DNA of 64,000 bases. Source: a virus. Numbering within the stretch: position 1 is the first letter of the stretch; the number at the start of each line of letters is the position of its first letter. A program made the translations under genes and the position numbers. The stretch spans positions 124,231 to 188,230 of IMG/VR virus record IMGVR_UViG_3300044611_002466. One strand, given 5' to 3'. The notes under the pieces were generated by a model. The model saw nothing but the letters and a program-made list of their open reading frames with translations. It was not told where the DNA came from and made no database searches. This document shows positions 24,270 to 33,400 of the stretch, piece after piece.

Positions 24270-27200
24270 GTCAGATCGGAAGAGCGGAACCGCTGCACCT
24301 ACGGCTCTTCATAGAGGGCGTAGAAGTGCCGGTTATCAGCGCCGTCGTCAGCGCGAACGAAGGTGCTCCGGCGAGCGCGCAGATCGAGGTGGTCCCCGCC
24401 AACTCCGGCCTGCATCTCGTCGCGCGGAGCAAGGTCAACCTCTTCTTCTACGACGGAGGCGACGGGATAGCCATCCCCGACGCCGACATCGCTGCCAACG
24501 CTAAGGGCACGCGCATGCCCTCCGACGAGCGGAGCCTCCTGGGGAGCGGCTACTACCAGCTGTTCTCCGGGGAGCTCTTCTCGCTCACCTACTCGAAGTC
24601 GGGGGCAGGAGCCCGGAGCCTGGTGCTCCAGTGTCTGGATGACAGCAACAACTGGGACACGTCCTTTCTGTACACGCTGCGCTACTCCGCCGATGCCGAA
24701 GAGGGTGCCGTTGCGGGCAGCACGATGAACATGATGGGGATCAGCGCGCCCACGTCTGATGACATCATCACCGACCCCGCATCGATCATCAGTACGATCT
24801 CCAAGCGTCAGCAGGCGCTCAACCCCTCCGTGGCAGGATCCAAGGGGATGCTCGGGGGGCTGCTTGGGATCTTGGAGTTGATCGGCGGCGTAGCTGGGCA
24901 ATACGCAGGGATGACAGCTTGGCACACCATCCAGGAGGTACGCGTCCGCCTGATGGACCAGATCGCAGCCGACGACGGCAACACCGCGGTCGAGGTCTTC
25001 AACGAGACAGCGTTCGATCACTGGCTCTTGGCGGGGGTCTCCGACCTCGGCACGGTCGTCAGCTTCCGAACTGTCGTCGACCTGATCAACCAGTTCATCT
25101 ACTACACGGTCTCACCGAATCCGGTGGGTGTGTACGTCCCCGGGGATGGTGGAGTCCCGAAGTGGCCGGACGGCCTCTTCGACAAGGCGGAGTCGGTCTC
25201 CAAGGACAGCGAGACGGGGGTGGACGCCGGCCTTGATCCGGACTTTGCCACTCTCAAGAACGCCATCTTGGCGTACTTGATCAACGACCTGGGGTGGAAC
25301 GGTGCGGTGGGCGGCAAGCCAAAGGCCCGCATGTCCAGCGGGTTTCGGAATAGCGCCGAGCAGGCAGCCCTTACGCAGGGCACGGAACGGGAGGGACAGA
25401 CACCAAGCAGCGCGCACATGGTCGGGTTTGCGGCTGACTTCAGCACAGCAGCGGGAATCGGGTTCTGCTACAAGAACAAGCCGTCCGACTCCAAGGGTGC
25501 GAGCCTTCACAGACGCCTGATCTGGGCGGCGACCAAGTATGGACTCTCGGACGCCCAGAGCATCTACACGAAGGGGGTGGAGAAGGGGCTTCTGACTCTC
25601 GAGGAGGTCGGGCGCGCGAAGCAGATGGTCGACTTCTACAGGGACCTGCAGAAGGCCGTCAGAGAGCGCGGGCAGGGGAAGGTGACCTGGGGCGGTGACT
25701 GGGACTCGTCGGACGCGTGGCTGTCGTTGTACGGGCTCGGCGGTGACTGTGTGCACACCGAGATGACGGGCTGGCGGAACAAGGTCAAGAACAAGGAGGG
25801 GTCGACCACTTCACCGGCCGATCTCAGCGGCTACTACTCCGGCCTCATGAACCGCGAGCGCCTCTTCACGCAGTTCTTCCATCCGGACATCTGGTTTGCC
25901 TCTCCGCCAGCGTGCAACGTGATCTTCCCGGAGGAGGTCACCACGCTCTCGTTCAGCCGCGACTTCATGCGGGAGACGACGCGCCTGCAGCTCTCGACCG
26001 TCAACGCGATTGTCGGGGACTCGACTCTCCTGAACCAGAACTTCTTCGCACCGAAGGTCGACGCGGCCCTCAACCTGACCAGCGGCGGACTTGGTACGGC
26101 GGCGCGCGCCTTCATCCTGCCGCACGAGAAGTTCTCGGGCATCGTCCCGAAGCTCGAGAAGCTCTCCGACCTCTCCCTCTACGTCAGGCTCTCGGAGGAG
26201 CAGCACCACGAAGAGGCGCACGCTGATGTCGCTGAAACGACGAAGGCCGCCGCGGAGCCCTCCGCCGAGAAGAAGGAGACCGAGCTCGAGGTCTGGGCCG
26301 ACCGCACGGCGGCCTTCACCTTCCTCTCGCATCGGTATGACGCGCGCTCCCTGTCCGTGTCGATGAAGTTCACCCCGCGCCTGGCGGTGGGGTTCCCCGC
26401 GCTGGTCATCGACCGCACGAACCCGGAGACCACGGAGGACGAGCAGGCGGCCCCCTCTACGAGCGCGTTCTCGCCGAACCACTTCCTCGGCACCATCCGG
26501 GCGCTGACGCACTCTGTCACGCAGGATGGAGGAGCCACGTCGGTTCAGCTGAGCCACGTGCGGCTCCACAAGGCGTCGATGGATGACCTGTTCGCATCGG
26601 GAACCTACGCGAACAAGGGGATCATGTCCGTGCAGGTGGTCCCGGCTCCAGCCTCGCCGCGCACGATCAAGAACACTGACACCATGACCACGCAGACCCT
26701 CAAGTGGATTGTGGGGGTACACGAGGCGATGAGCCGGTACAAGCTCGACATCGCCAAGCCAGACATGGCAGGTCCGGCAGGCCGGCCGCTGCAAGGCGCG
26801 ATCACCATCGTGAAGGTGCTGCCCGAGGGCAGCCTCGTGACGTGGTCCACGAACGACGGCGGTCCTGGCAGCTTCGCGGGCCCCCGGATCGAGGAGTCCC
26901 TGCCCTTCTCCAGCATCACCTTCACGGAGCCGGACGGGGACCCGGCCTACCTACCGCTCGAGGAGGCGATCAAGCCAGCCTGGATGTCGGAGACCTACTC
27001 GAACAAGCTCATCGGTGGCTTCTACCGTCAGATCCTCGGTTGTGGTTCGATTCACGACCTGTACCCGAACGTCCCCCCGGGCAAGGCCCCGGACGGCACA
27101 CCCTACGCGAGCACGAGCGTAGAGCGTGTGACGGAAGCGCTGGTTGCGGAGTACACGTCGCAGTCCGATGGCGGGTACCTGGGGCACACCTTCATCCACG

Positions 27201-27493
27201 GCAAGACGCGGCGCAGCTACGCCAGCATCGCGCAGGTGTTCGGCTACTGGACGGGGACCGGGGAGGCCCGCAAGCATGTGCAGGGGTTCTACACGCAGTC
27301 CATCGGCTGGGACGAGGGGTACTCCCGGCTTGCGAAGGACCGCTGGGAGTGGATGGCGAACGCCGCCGGTACGCTGGTGAACACGACGGAGCCCAACCAG
27401 ATTCGTCCCGAGCTCGACCCCCGCAGAGGGCGATACGGCCCTGCGCTCGCCTACCGTGACGAGTTGGCGCGGGCCCTGGGGCGCCGAGGGTAG
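24266..27493 (+). CDS. baseplate hub-like protein with embedded M15 (Zn D,D/L,D-peptidase) domain
   Basis: Hub-type N-terminus LRLFIEGVEV...; SGFRNSAEQ...SAHMVGFAADF...WGGDW...DCVHTE. Confidence 0.75.
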   Translation: MSQIGRAEPLHLRLFIEGVEVPVISAVVSANEGAPASAQIEVVPANSGLHLVARSKVNLFFYDGGDGIAIPDADIAANAKGTRMPSDERSLLGSGYYQLFSGELFSLTYSKSGAGARSLVLQCLDDSNNWDTSFLYTLRYSADAEEGAVAGSTMNMMGISAPTSDDIITDPASIISTISKRQQALNPSVAGSKGMLGGLLGILELIGGVAGQYAGMTAWHTIQEVRVRLMDQIAADDGNTAVEVFNETAFDHWLLAGVSDLGTVVSFRTVVDLINQFIYYTVSPNPVGVYVPGDGGVPKWPDGLFDKAESVSKDSETGVDAGLDPDFATLKNAILAYLINDLGWNGAVGGKPKARMSSGFRNSAEQAALTQGTEREGQTPSSAHMVGFAADFSTAAGIGFCYKNKPSDSKGASLHRRLIWAATKYGLSDAQSIYTKGVEKGLLTLEEVGRAKQMVDFYRDLQKAVRERGQGKVTWGGDWDSSDAWLSLYGLGGDCVHTEMTGWRNKVKNKEGSTTSPADLSGYYSGLMNRERLFTQFFHPDIWFASPPACNVIFPEEVTTLSFSRDFMRETTRLQLSTVNAIVGDSTLLNQNFFAPKVDAALNLTSGGLGTAARAFILPHEKFSGIVPKLEKLSDLSLYVRLSEEQHHEEAHADVAETTKAAAEPSAEKKETELEVWADRTAAFTFLSHRYDARSLSVSMKFTPRLAVGFPALVIDRTNPETTEDEQAAPSTSAFSPNHFLGTIRALTHSVTQDGGATSVQLSHVRLHKASMDDLFASGTYANKGIMSVQVVPAPASPRTIKNTDTMTTQTLKWIVGVHEAMSRYKLDIAKPDMAGPAGRPLQGAITIVKVLPEGSLVTWSTNDGGPGSFAGPRIEESLPFSSITFTEPDGDPAYLPLEEAIKPAWMSETYSNKLIGGFYRQILGCGSIHDLYPNVPPGKAPDGTPYASTSVERVTEALVAEYTSQSDGGYLGHTFIHGKTRRSYASIAQVFGYWTGTGEARKHVQGFYTQSIGWDEGYSRLAKDRWEWMANAAGTLVNTTEPNQIRPELDPRRGRYGPALAYRDELARALGRRG

Positions 27494-27530
27494 GTTACGG
27501 GGTATCCTACCCCCTCGACCCCGAGGTCCC

Positions 27531-27740
27531 ATGCCCACCACCCCGCTCTCGCTCGACACGCTTCGCTCCTTCTCCGCCGAGGTACAGAAGGAGGCTGCCG
27601 CCACGCTCCCGGACAAATGGACCGCGGCGGCCCTCATGGGCGGAGGGGCCGTAGGGGCTCATGTGCTCCAGAAGGCGTTCAAGGACTGGAAGAACGGCCG
27701 CCAGCTGCGAGTGCAGCAGTCCGGCTACGGGGGGTTCTGA
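27531..27740 (+). CDS. small probable virion protein with glycine-rich hydrophobic segment
   Basis: GAGG RBS; SFSAEVQKEAA followed by ALMGGGAVGAHV. Confidence 0.75.
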   Translation: MPTTPLSLDTLRSFSAEVQKEAAATLPDKWTAAALMGGGAVGAHVLQKAFKDWKNGRQLRVQQSGYGGF

Positions 27741-28258
27741 TGGACACACCGCAGAAGAAGGTAGACCTCAAAGATTCCCCGGCGCTGGCGGCGTACGCCA
27801 AGTGGCGGCCACGACTGCGTCGCGCTGCTTCGTGGGCGTTTCCCGCCGCGGCGGTAGGCAAGGCGGTTGGAGTCGCAACGAACCCCATCATCGGTCTTAC
27901 GATCGGCGCGGGGCTCGCTGGCGCGGCGGATGCCACGCTCGAGGAGAAGCTCAGGCAGCTGAAGGACCACAAGGCGCGGACCCTCGTGCAACGCGGATTC
28001 GAGGAGACCCACATGGGCAAGAAGGCTGGCATCGACGTCGACCCGTTCACCACCTCGGCCATCACCGCCGCAGAGCTCGAGACGAACCTCGCGCTCACAG
28101 GCCTCACGCGCAAGAGAGACGAGTTCGCCTCCCGGGCGAGCAGTCAGCTGTCGGACTACTTCCCGGCCGCGGGCGGCCAGGTGAGCGGCTACGGGCGCGG
28201 CCTGCGCCTGTCGACCGGACAGGGCTCGATCGCGCAGATGCTCGCTGGTTTGAGGTAG
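27740..28258 (+). CDS. probable virion protein with glycine-zipper segment
   Basis: TGATG coupling; IIGLTIGAGLAGAA; MGKKAG. Confidence 0.75.
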   Translation: MDTPQKKVDLKDSPALAAYAKWRPRLRRAASWAFPAAAVGKAVGVATNPIIGLTIGAGLAGAADATLEEKLRQLKDHKARTLVQRGFEETHMGKKAGIDVDPFTTSAITAAELETNLALTGLTRKRDEFASRASSQLSDYFPAAGGQVSGYGRGLRLSTGQGSIAQMLAGLR

Positions 28259-28262
28259 GACG

Positions 28263-29138
28263 ATGGGGCTCCTGCTGCGCGCCTTCGAGAAGCGGGCAAC
28301 GTCGGTGGAGACACCTGCCGTACCGGCGCTCGTTGTACCGCAGCCGCCTCCGCCGGCCGAGCAGTGGCATCCCGAGTGGGCGCCGCAGGCCGGATGGCAC
28401 GGCGAGGGGAACCCCGGGGGCTGGAGGCGTCCGGCTCTTGAGGCGCGGCGGAAGGAGCTCTTCCTGTGGGATCAGTGGAAGAAGGGGGGCCAGACCCCCG
28501 AGCTCTCCGCCCCTCTCATGAAGTCCCTGCGGCCGGTCATCTACTCGCAAGGGGTGCGTGCCTGGATCAACCGAGTGCCGGTGCAGCCCGCCGTCCTCGA
28601 GTCCAAGGCGGTGCAGCTGGCGCTGGGCGCGCTGGAGTCGTACAACCCGGCAGCGGCACAGCTCAACACCCACCTCACGATCACCCTGAAGGGGATGCAC
28701 CGATTCGCCACGTCACGGCAGAACATGACGCGGCTGACGGAGGCCCGCCGTCGCCTGGTCGGTCCTTACCAGCGCGCCCTCGCGCGCCTGAAGGACAAGC
28801 TGGAGCGAGAGCCGAGCGTCCTCGAGCTCGCGGACGAGATGAAGGAGACTCCGGACAACGTGGAGAAGCTCCTGCTGGAGATGAAGGACGACCTCATGTC
28901 CTCCGGGACGATGAACGACCCCTTCCTCGACGAGACGCCGGAGTCCCGCCTCAAGCTGCTGCTCATCCGATACAGCTTGACCCCCGAAGAGGGGACCGTG
29001 TTCGACTACCTCATGGGTCAGGGCGGCAAGCCCCGCGTCGAGAGCCCTGGCGAAATCGCAAAGCGTGAGGGGTGGTCCAGCTCCAAGGTCTCCCAGCTGA
29101 AGAACGCGATCATGCGGAAGTGGAAGGGCGTCGCATGA
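28263..29138 (+). CDS. RNA polymerase sigma factor, sigma-70 family group 3 (FliA/sigma-28-like), with N-terminal extension
   Basis: Region 2 ALGALESYNP...LNTHL; region 3 LKDKLEREPSVLELADEM; region 4 LTPEEGTVF...EIAKREGWSSSKVSQL (compare FliA SRVSQL). Confidence 0.8.
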   Translation: MGLLLRAFEKRATSVETPAVPALVVPQPPPPAEQWHPEWAPQAGWHGEGNPGGWRRPALEARRKELFLWDQWKKGGQTPELSAPLMKSLRPVIYSQGVRAWINRVPVQPAVLESKAVQLALGALESYNPAAAQLNTHLTITLKGMHRFATSRQNMTRLTEARRRLVGPYQRALARLKDKLEREPSVLELADEMKETPDNVEKLLLEMKDDLMSSGTMNDPFLDETPESRLKLLLIRYSLTPEEGTVFDYLMGQGGKPRVESPGEIAKREGWSSSKVSQLKNAIMRKWKGVA

Positions 29139-29374
29139 GTAGCCCCGAGCTTCAGACGTTCGTCGGCGAGCTCGAGACGGCGCTGCTCGAGCACCTCGAC
29201 GCGGAGACCGACCGCGTCAAGAGCGAGCGCGACTTCCTCCTCGCGGTGTACAACGGACGCACGGACGGGGCCACCACCGAGGATGCCTCGACCGGGTTCG
29301 TGATGCGATACTTGACGGGCATGTTCAACGGGTACGTGCTCGTCGAGAGAGATGTGAGCGCCCCCAGCAGCTGA
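29135..29374 (+). CDS. hypothetical protein, 79 aa
   Basis: ATGA coupling. Confidence 0.75.
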   Translation: MSSPELQTFVGELETALLEHLDAETDRVKSERDFLLAVYNGRTDGATTEDASTGFVMRYLTGMFNGYVLVERDVSAPSS

Positions 29375-29390
29375 GGGACGGGGACCGACC

Positions 29391-30086
29391 ATGCCGGAGC
29401 GCGTACTGAACTTCGAGATCACGACAGCGCTGTCCGTGCGTCAGAGGGACGCGGACGGCGTCTCGACGCTCGTCGACGCGGATGAGCTCCCCACCCTGCA
29501 GATCGTGCAGGACGGCGTCGCGGTGAACACGACGGAGTCCGAGACAGTGGTCTCGGAGGAGACGGGGGTGTACACCTGCACGTGGACCCCTCGGCTCATC
29601 GGACGCCACGTCCTGACGTGGACCTTCTCGGTAGGCGGGACGGAGTTCACGTCAGAGGAGAAGGTCGACATCGTCGCGGACGTCGGGGGCGAGTCGGACT
29701 CCTCACTGCCGGCGGAAACGACCACCCCTGTCCCGGACTTGGGGGCGTCCAAGACCTGCTTGGTGGTGGGGCAGTTCTACGATGCGAGCGGGAACGCCAT
29801 CTCTGGGATCTACGTGCGTTTCACTCCAGATCGCGCGACCACATCCTTCCTGGCGTCTGGTATCGTGGCCGCCGAGGTCACGGCGGAGAGCGACGAGAAC
29901 GGCGCGATAGAGCTGTACTTGGTACGCGGCACCACAGGGATCCTCGCCATCACCGGCATCGGCGTCGTCAAGCGAGTCACGATCCCGGCCACCGGTCGGA
30001 TCGACATCAAGGACTTGGCGGACAGCGGAGGCGACCTCTTTGAGGTGCAGGCCCCCGTGTTTTACATGCTTCCAAGGCGGTCTTAA
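29391..30086 (+). CDS. virion structural protein with Ig-like/beta-sandwich domains
   Basis: TGVYTCTWTP...GRHVLTWTF; beta-rich. Confidence 0.6.
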   Translation: MPERVLNFEITTALSVRQRDADGVSTLVDADELPTLQIVQDGVAVNTTESETVVSEETGVYTCTWTPRLIGRHVLTWTFSVGGTEFTSEEKVDIVADVGGESDSSLPAETTTPVPDLGASKTCLVVGQFYDASGNAISGIYVRFTPDRATTSFLASGIVAAEVTAESDENGAIELYLVRGTTGILAITGIGVVKRVTIPATGRIDIKDLADSGGDLFEVQAPVFYMLPRRS

Positions 30087-31012
30087 TGGTGTCTGTCACG
30101 CTCAGCGTTATCGACGACTCCATCGCACGGGTTCCGGTGGCCGACGTCGTCGTGCGCTTCTACAACGAGGACGGCAGCGTCTTCGTCACCCAGGCGCAGA
30201 CCGACGAGGACGGGGAGCTCGTTCTCGATCTCGAAGCTGCGACCACCTACTGGGTGCGCTTCTTCAAGATCGGGTACCAGTTCGCGTCGCGGCTCGCCAT
30301 CTACGTGGACGAGTCGGAGTCGTCGAACACGTTCGACGTACAGGCGGTGGACCTCACGGTGCTGCCGCCGGCGACATCTCCGATCCTCTGCCGCGCATCC
30401 GGCTTCGTGTCCGGCGGGGACCTCATCCCGCGCAAGGGCGTCACGTTCACCTTCATGCTCACCGGGAGCCCTCGCATTGCCGCGGGGCGCGCGATGGTCA
30501 GCCAGGACCTCGTCGTCGTCAGCGACAAGGATGGGTGGGTGGAAGTCGATCTGGTTCGGGGTGGGGTGTACGACTGCGTCGTGGGAGGACAGGACGACGT
30601 CGTGCACCGGGTCAAGGTGCCAGACCGCACGTCGATCGACATCACCGACTTGGTCTGGCCGTACTTGGTCAAACTCGCCTACCAGCAGGAGGGGCTGGAT
30701 GTGGCCTCGGTTGCTGTGTCCGTGGGCGAGACGATCGAAGTCGACACGTACGTGCTGTTCTCCAGCTTCGTGTCGACGCCCTTCAAGTACGACGGGGACG
30801 TCACGTGGCGGGACGTCAGCAACTACGTGACGCTCGTGATGGCGGACAACGGGATCGCAACCTGCACACTGGCGAAGGGGGTGCTGACGATCTCGGGCAT
30901 CGCCGCAGGCACGACCACCCTCGACGCGGAGCTCATCGAGGGCCTGGAAGCCGCGCGCCTTCCTGAGCCGACCAGGACTCTGCCTACGCTGACCATCGTC
31001 GTCACGGAGTAG
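30086..31012 (+). CDS. virion structural protein with prealbumin-like and Ig-like domains
   Basis: VPVADVVVRFY...QTDEDG...; C-terminal LTISGIAAGTTTL. Confidence 0.6.
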   Translation: MVSVTLSVIDDSIARVPVADVVVRFYNEDGSVFVTQAQTDEDGELVLDLEAATTYWVRFFKIGYQFASRLAIYVDESESSNTFDVQAVDLTVLPPATSPILCRASGFVSGGDLIPRKGVTFTFMLTGSPRIAAGRAMVSQDLVVVSDKDGWVEVDLVRGGVYDCVVGGQDDVVHRVKVPDRTSIDITDLVWPYLVKLAYQQEGLDVASVAVSVGETIEVDTYVLFSSFVSTPFKYDGDVTWRDVSNYVTLVMADNGIATCTLAKGVLTISGIAAGTTTLDAELIEGLEAARLPEPTRTLPTLTIVVTE

Positions 31013-31015
31013 CCC

Positions 31016-32440
31016 ATGGGCATCAAGGAGTCCGCTCTACTCGCCGCCGCTGCGCGGACATCCAGCGCGCCGGCGGGGGCCTCCAGGGGCCCGGGAGGGT
31101 ACCGCTCGGTGGACAACGAGTGGGAGAAGATGCGCGGCACGTTGGCGCGCGCCTTGGTGTCAGACCCGGACTTGGTGATGTACTTCGCCTATCTGGTGTC
31201 CAACCGGGCGTGTACTCTGGCTCAGAAGGCCGCCGCCCAGCTGTGCGACATGGCGGTCTCCGTGGAGGGTTGGAAGTACCCGCAGGCCGCCGCCGCACCC
31301 CCAACGCAGCTGCAGAAGACGCTGGCCACCGTGACGTCCCGGAACGTGCTCAGCGCAGCGGACGCCGCCAGGCTCTCGGACGAGGTGACCTCCTACGTCA
31401 CGACGGAACTGCTGCCGAAGATCACCAAGGGGGGAAGGATGCAGCCGCGTGGTGTCGAGGCCTACGCCAACTACCGCGCGACGCGAGACGAGCTCGTCGG
31501 TACGTGGAAGAGGCTGCGGCAGGCGCTCGCCGACGCGTCGGGTACCCGCTTCTGCACCGAGGTGCCGCTGCGGAATGTGGCCCTCGGGGTGCCGCTCGCG
31601 GCACTGAACGCCACGAGCGGCCTGCTCGACCAAGGGAAGCTGACCGACTTCACGATACAGCTCGCCGCGGCCGGCGCGGCGGTGGCGGCGATGGGCAGGC
31701 GCGTGAGCCTCAAGGTGCGGCTTCGTACAGGACCAGAGGAGTTCCCCGGGGGCGGAGCGACCGCCAGCGCGGTGACCGAGGGCGGAGTCGTCGTGCGGAT
31801 CCAGACATCCCCCGCGCCGACACTGCTGGGCATCAAACCCGGGGACGCAGTAGTCTCCGCAGACGGCAAGACAGCCACCGTGTCGACGGTGGGCGAGGCC
31901 GAGTTCTCGCTCTCGAGCTCCACCCTCACGTCCATCGAAGGAGGCGTGTCTGTGCTCTCCGCCGCCTACGTGCAGTGGGAGGCGTTCTCGACAGCGCTGA
32001 ACGTCCCCTACGGGGAGATGCCGGCGGAGGCCCAGCTCCTCTCGGAGGTGCGGCGGAAGGAGAGTGCCAGCCCGGCGAGGATCCGCGGCTTGATGGAGTT
32101 CCTCTGCCGCACCGCAGCGATCCTGGACACCGTGTCCACGGAGGCGACGTCGGCGCTTGCCCGCGTCGCGGGGGACCTGTACGTGTACCCCGCGAAGTCG
32201 GTGGCGCTCTTGCTGCGCGAGTTCGCGCCGACCTTCGACTCCAAGACGCGTGCCACGGGAGACCGGCTGCTTTCCGAGTTGGAGAGCGGCGGGTTCGACT
32301 ACGCGGTCGAGCTCCTCTACCGGGGGGAGGTGGACTTGGTGATGCTCCTCGATGCCTCTTCCGTCTCTCGTGCGGGACGCGTGGACACCGCGGCCGCAGC
32401 GCTGAGCACCTACGCCGGAGGCGCCCGTGGGCTGGGATGA
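31016..32440 (+). CDS. virion structural protein, 474 aa
   Basis: Position within the tail operon; strong codon bias. Confidence 0.65.
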   Translation: MGIKESALLAAAARTSSAPAGASRGPGGYRSVDNEWEKMRGTLARALVSDPDLVMYFAYLVSNRACTLAQKAAAQLCDMAVSVEGWKYPQAAAAPPTQLQKTLATVTSRNVLSAADAARLSDEVTSYVTTELLPKITKGGRMQPRGVEAYANYRATRDELVGTWKRLRQALADASGTRFCTEVPLRNVALGVPLAALNATSGLLDQGKLTDFTIQLAAAGAAVAAMGRRVSLKVRLRTGPEEFPGGGATASAVTEGGVVVRIQTSPAPTLLGIKPGDAVVSADGKTATVSTVGEAEFSLSSSTLTSIEGGVSVLSAAYVQWEAFSTALNVPYGEMPAEAQLLSEVRRKESASPARIRGLMEFLCRTAAILDTVSTEATSALARVAGDLYVYPAKSVALLLREFAPTFDSKTRATGDRLLSELESGGFDYAVELLYRGEVDLVMLLDASSVSRAGRVDTAAAALSTYAGGARGLG

Positions 32441-32756
32441 GGCCCGCGCTCAAACCGCCAACGCGCTTGTCTCCATGCACGCGCGTCGGGTCGCGACGCA
32501 CGCCACGAACACGACCTTCGAGCTCGCACTCCTGGAGGGAATCGTGGCCCTGGACTCCGCACAGCCCGACGCGTTCGCCCTTGGAGCCGGGAGCTCCGTG
32601 CAGCACACGGATGACGGGAACGTACGCCCTGGACAGCTGCAGCAGCTGGAGGCGATGCGCGCGACGTTCTTCGGAGACGGCGCATCCGGTAGGAAGGGAC
32701 TCCTCGACATGATGCGAGAGATGCCAGATCCCTCCGAGCCCTCGGAGCAGCCGTGA
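32427..32756 (+). CDS. hypothetical protein, 109 aa
   Basis: GTG with GGAGG 5 nt upstream; stop overlaps the next GTG. Confidence 0.7.
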   Translation: MGWDEARAQTANALVSMHARRVATHATNTTFELALLEGIVALDSAQPDAFALGAGSSVQHTDDGNVRPGQLQQLEAMRATFFGDGASGRKGLLDMMREMPDPSEPSEQP

Positions 32757-33400
32757 GCGCCGCCGACTTCCAGGTACTCTCCTTCAAGGACCTCGCCCCC
32801 GTTACAAGCGTGGGTTTCTACTCGCAGAAGCCCCTCACTCTCGATGTGCGCGGGACCTCCTTCGTGGGCGTGGCCGCCGTGAACGTGAACGGGACGCCGG
32901 CGGCAGAGTACATCGTGCTCTCCCCCACGCGCATTCTTGTGCAGGTGCCGGAGATTGAGCTGCGCTCCCAGCTCCGATCTGTGCGGGTCATCCTGGCACG
33001 AACCGGCATGGGGGACACAGCGCTCGTCTCCTTCGACGCCATCGTTCCGGGGGCCCGTGCGACGGGCTTCACGAAGCTGATGCAGTCGTACCTCCGCGTC
33101 CTCTTCACGAACCCGGGAGAGGACCTTGCCTACCCCTGGCTGGGCGGAGGGCTACAGCGGTTGGTGGGGAGCGCTGCATCCCCGAGCGAGCTCCGCTCCA
33201 TGACGTCCACCGGAGTGAGCACCGCGGCTCAGCACCTGATCCGCCTTCAGGTCAGGAATCCTGTACTCACAGACGCGGAGAAGTTACGGTCTGCCACGCT
33301 GCTGCAGGCTGAGCACAACGCCTCGACCGCTTCCGTCAGCGTGCGCGTCGCTCTGACCGCCGTAGACGGCACCACCGGCAACCCCCTCGTGAGCGTGTAA
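32753..33400 (+). CDS. baseplate wedge protein, gp25/GPW-like, with N-terminal IPT/TIG-like domain
   Basis: KLMQSYLRVLFTNPG...GGGL...EKLRSATLL...VSVRVALTAVDG; directly upstream of the gpJ-like gene. Confidence 0.7.
   Translation: MSAADFQVLSFKDLAPVTSVGFYSQKPLTLDVRGTSFVGVAAVNVNGTPAAEYIVLSPTRILVQVPEIELRSQLRSVRVILARTGMGDTALVSFDAIVPGARATGFTKLMQSYLRVLFTNPGEDLAYPWLGGGLQRLVGSAASPSELRSMTSTGVSTAAQHLIRLQVRNPVLTDAEKLRSATLLQAEHNASTASVSVRVALTAVDGTTGNPLVSV

Noticed and set aside
27489-27513. Hairpin GGGTAGG...CCTACCC after the hub gene as a terminator
   Set aside because: 11-nt loop, no U-tract, and downstream genes are co-oriented; it could instead contain a -10 element (TATCCT), so it was left uncalled
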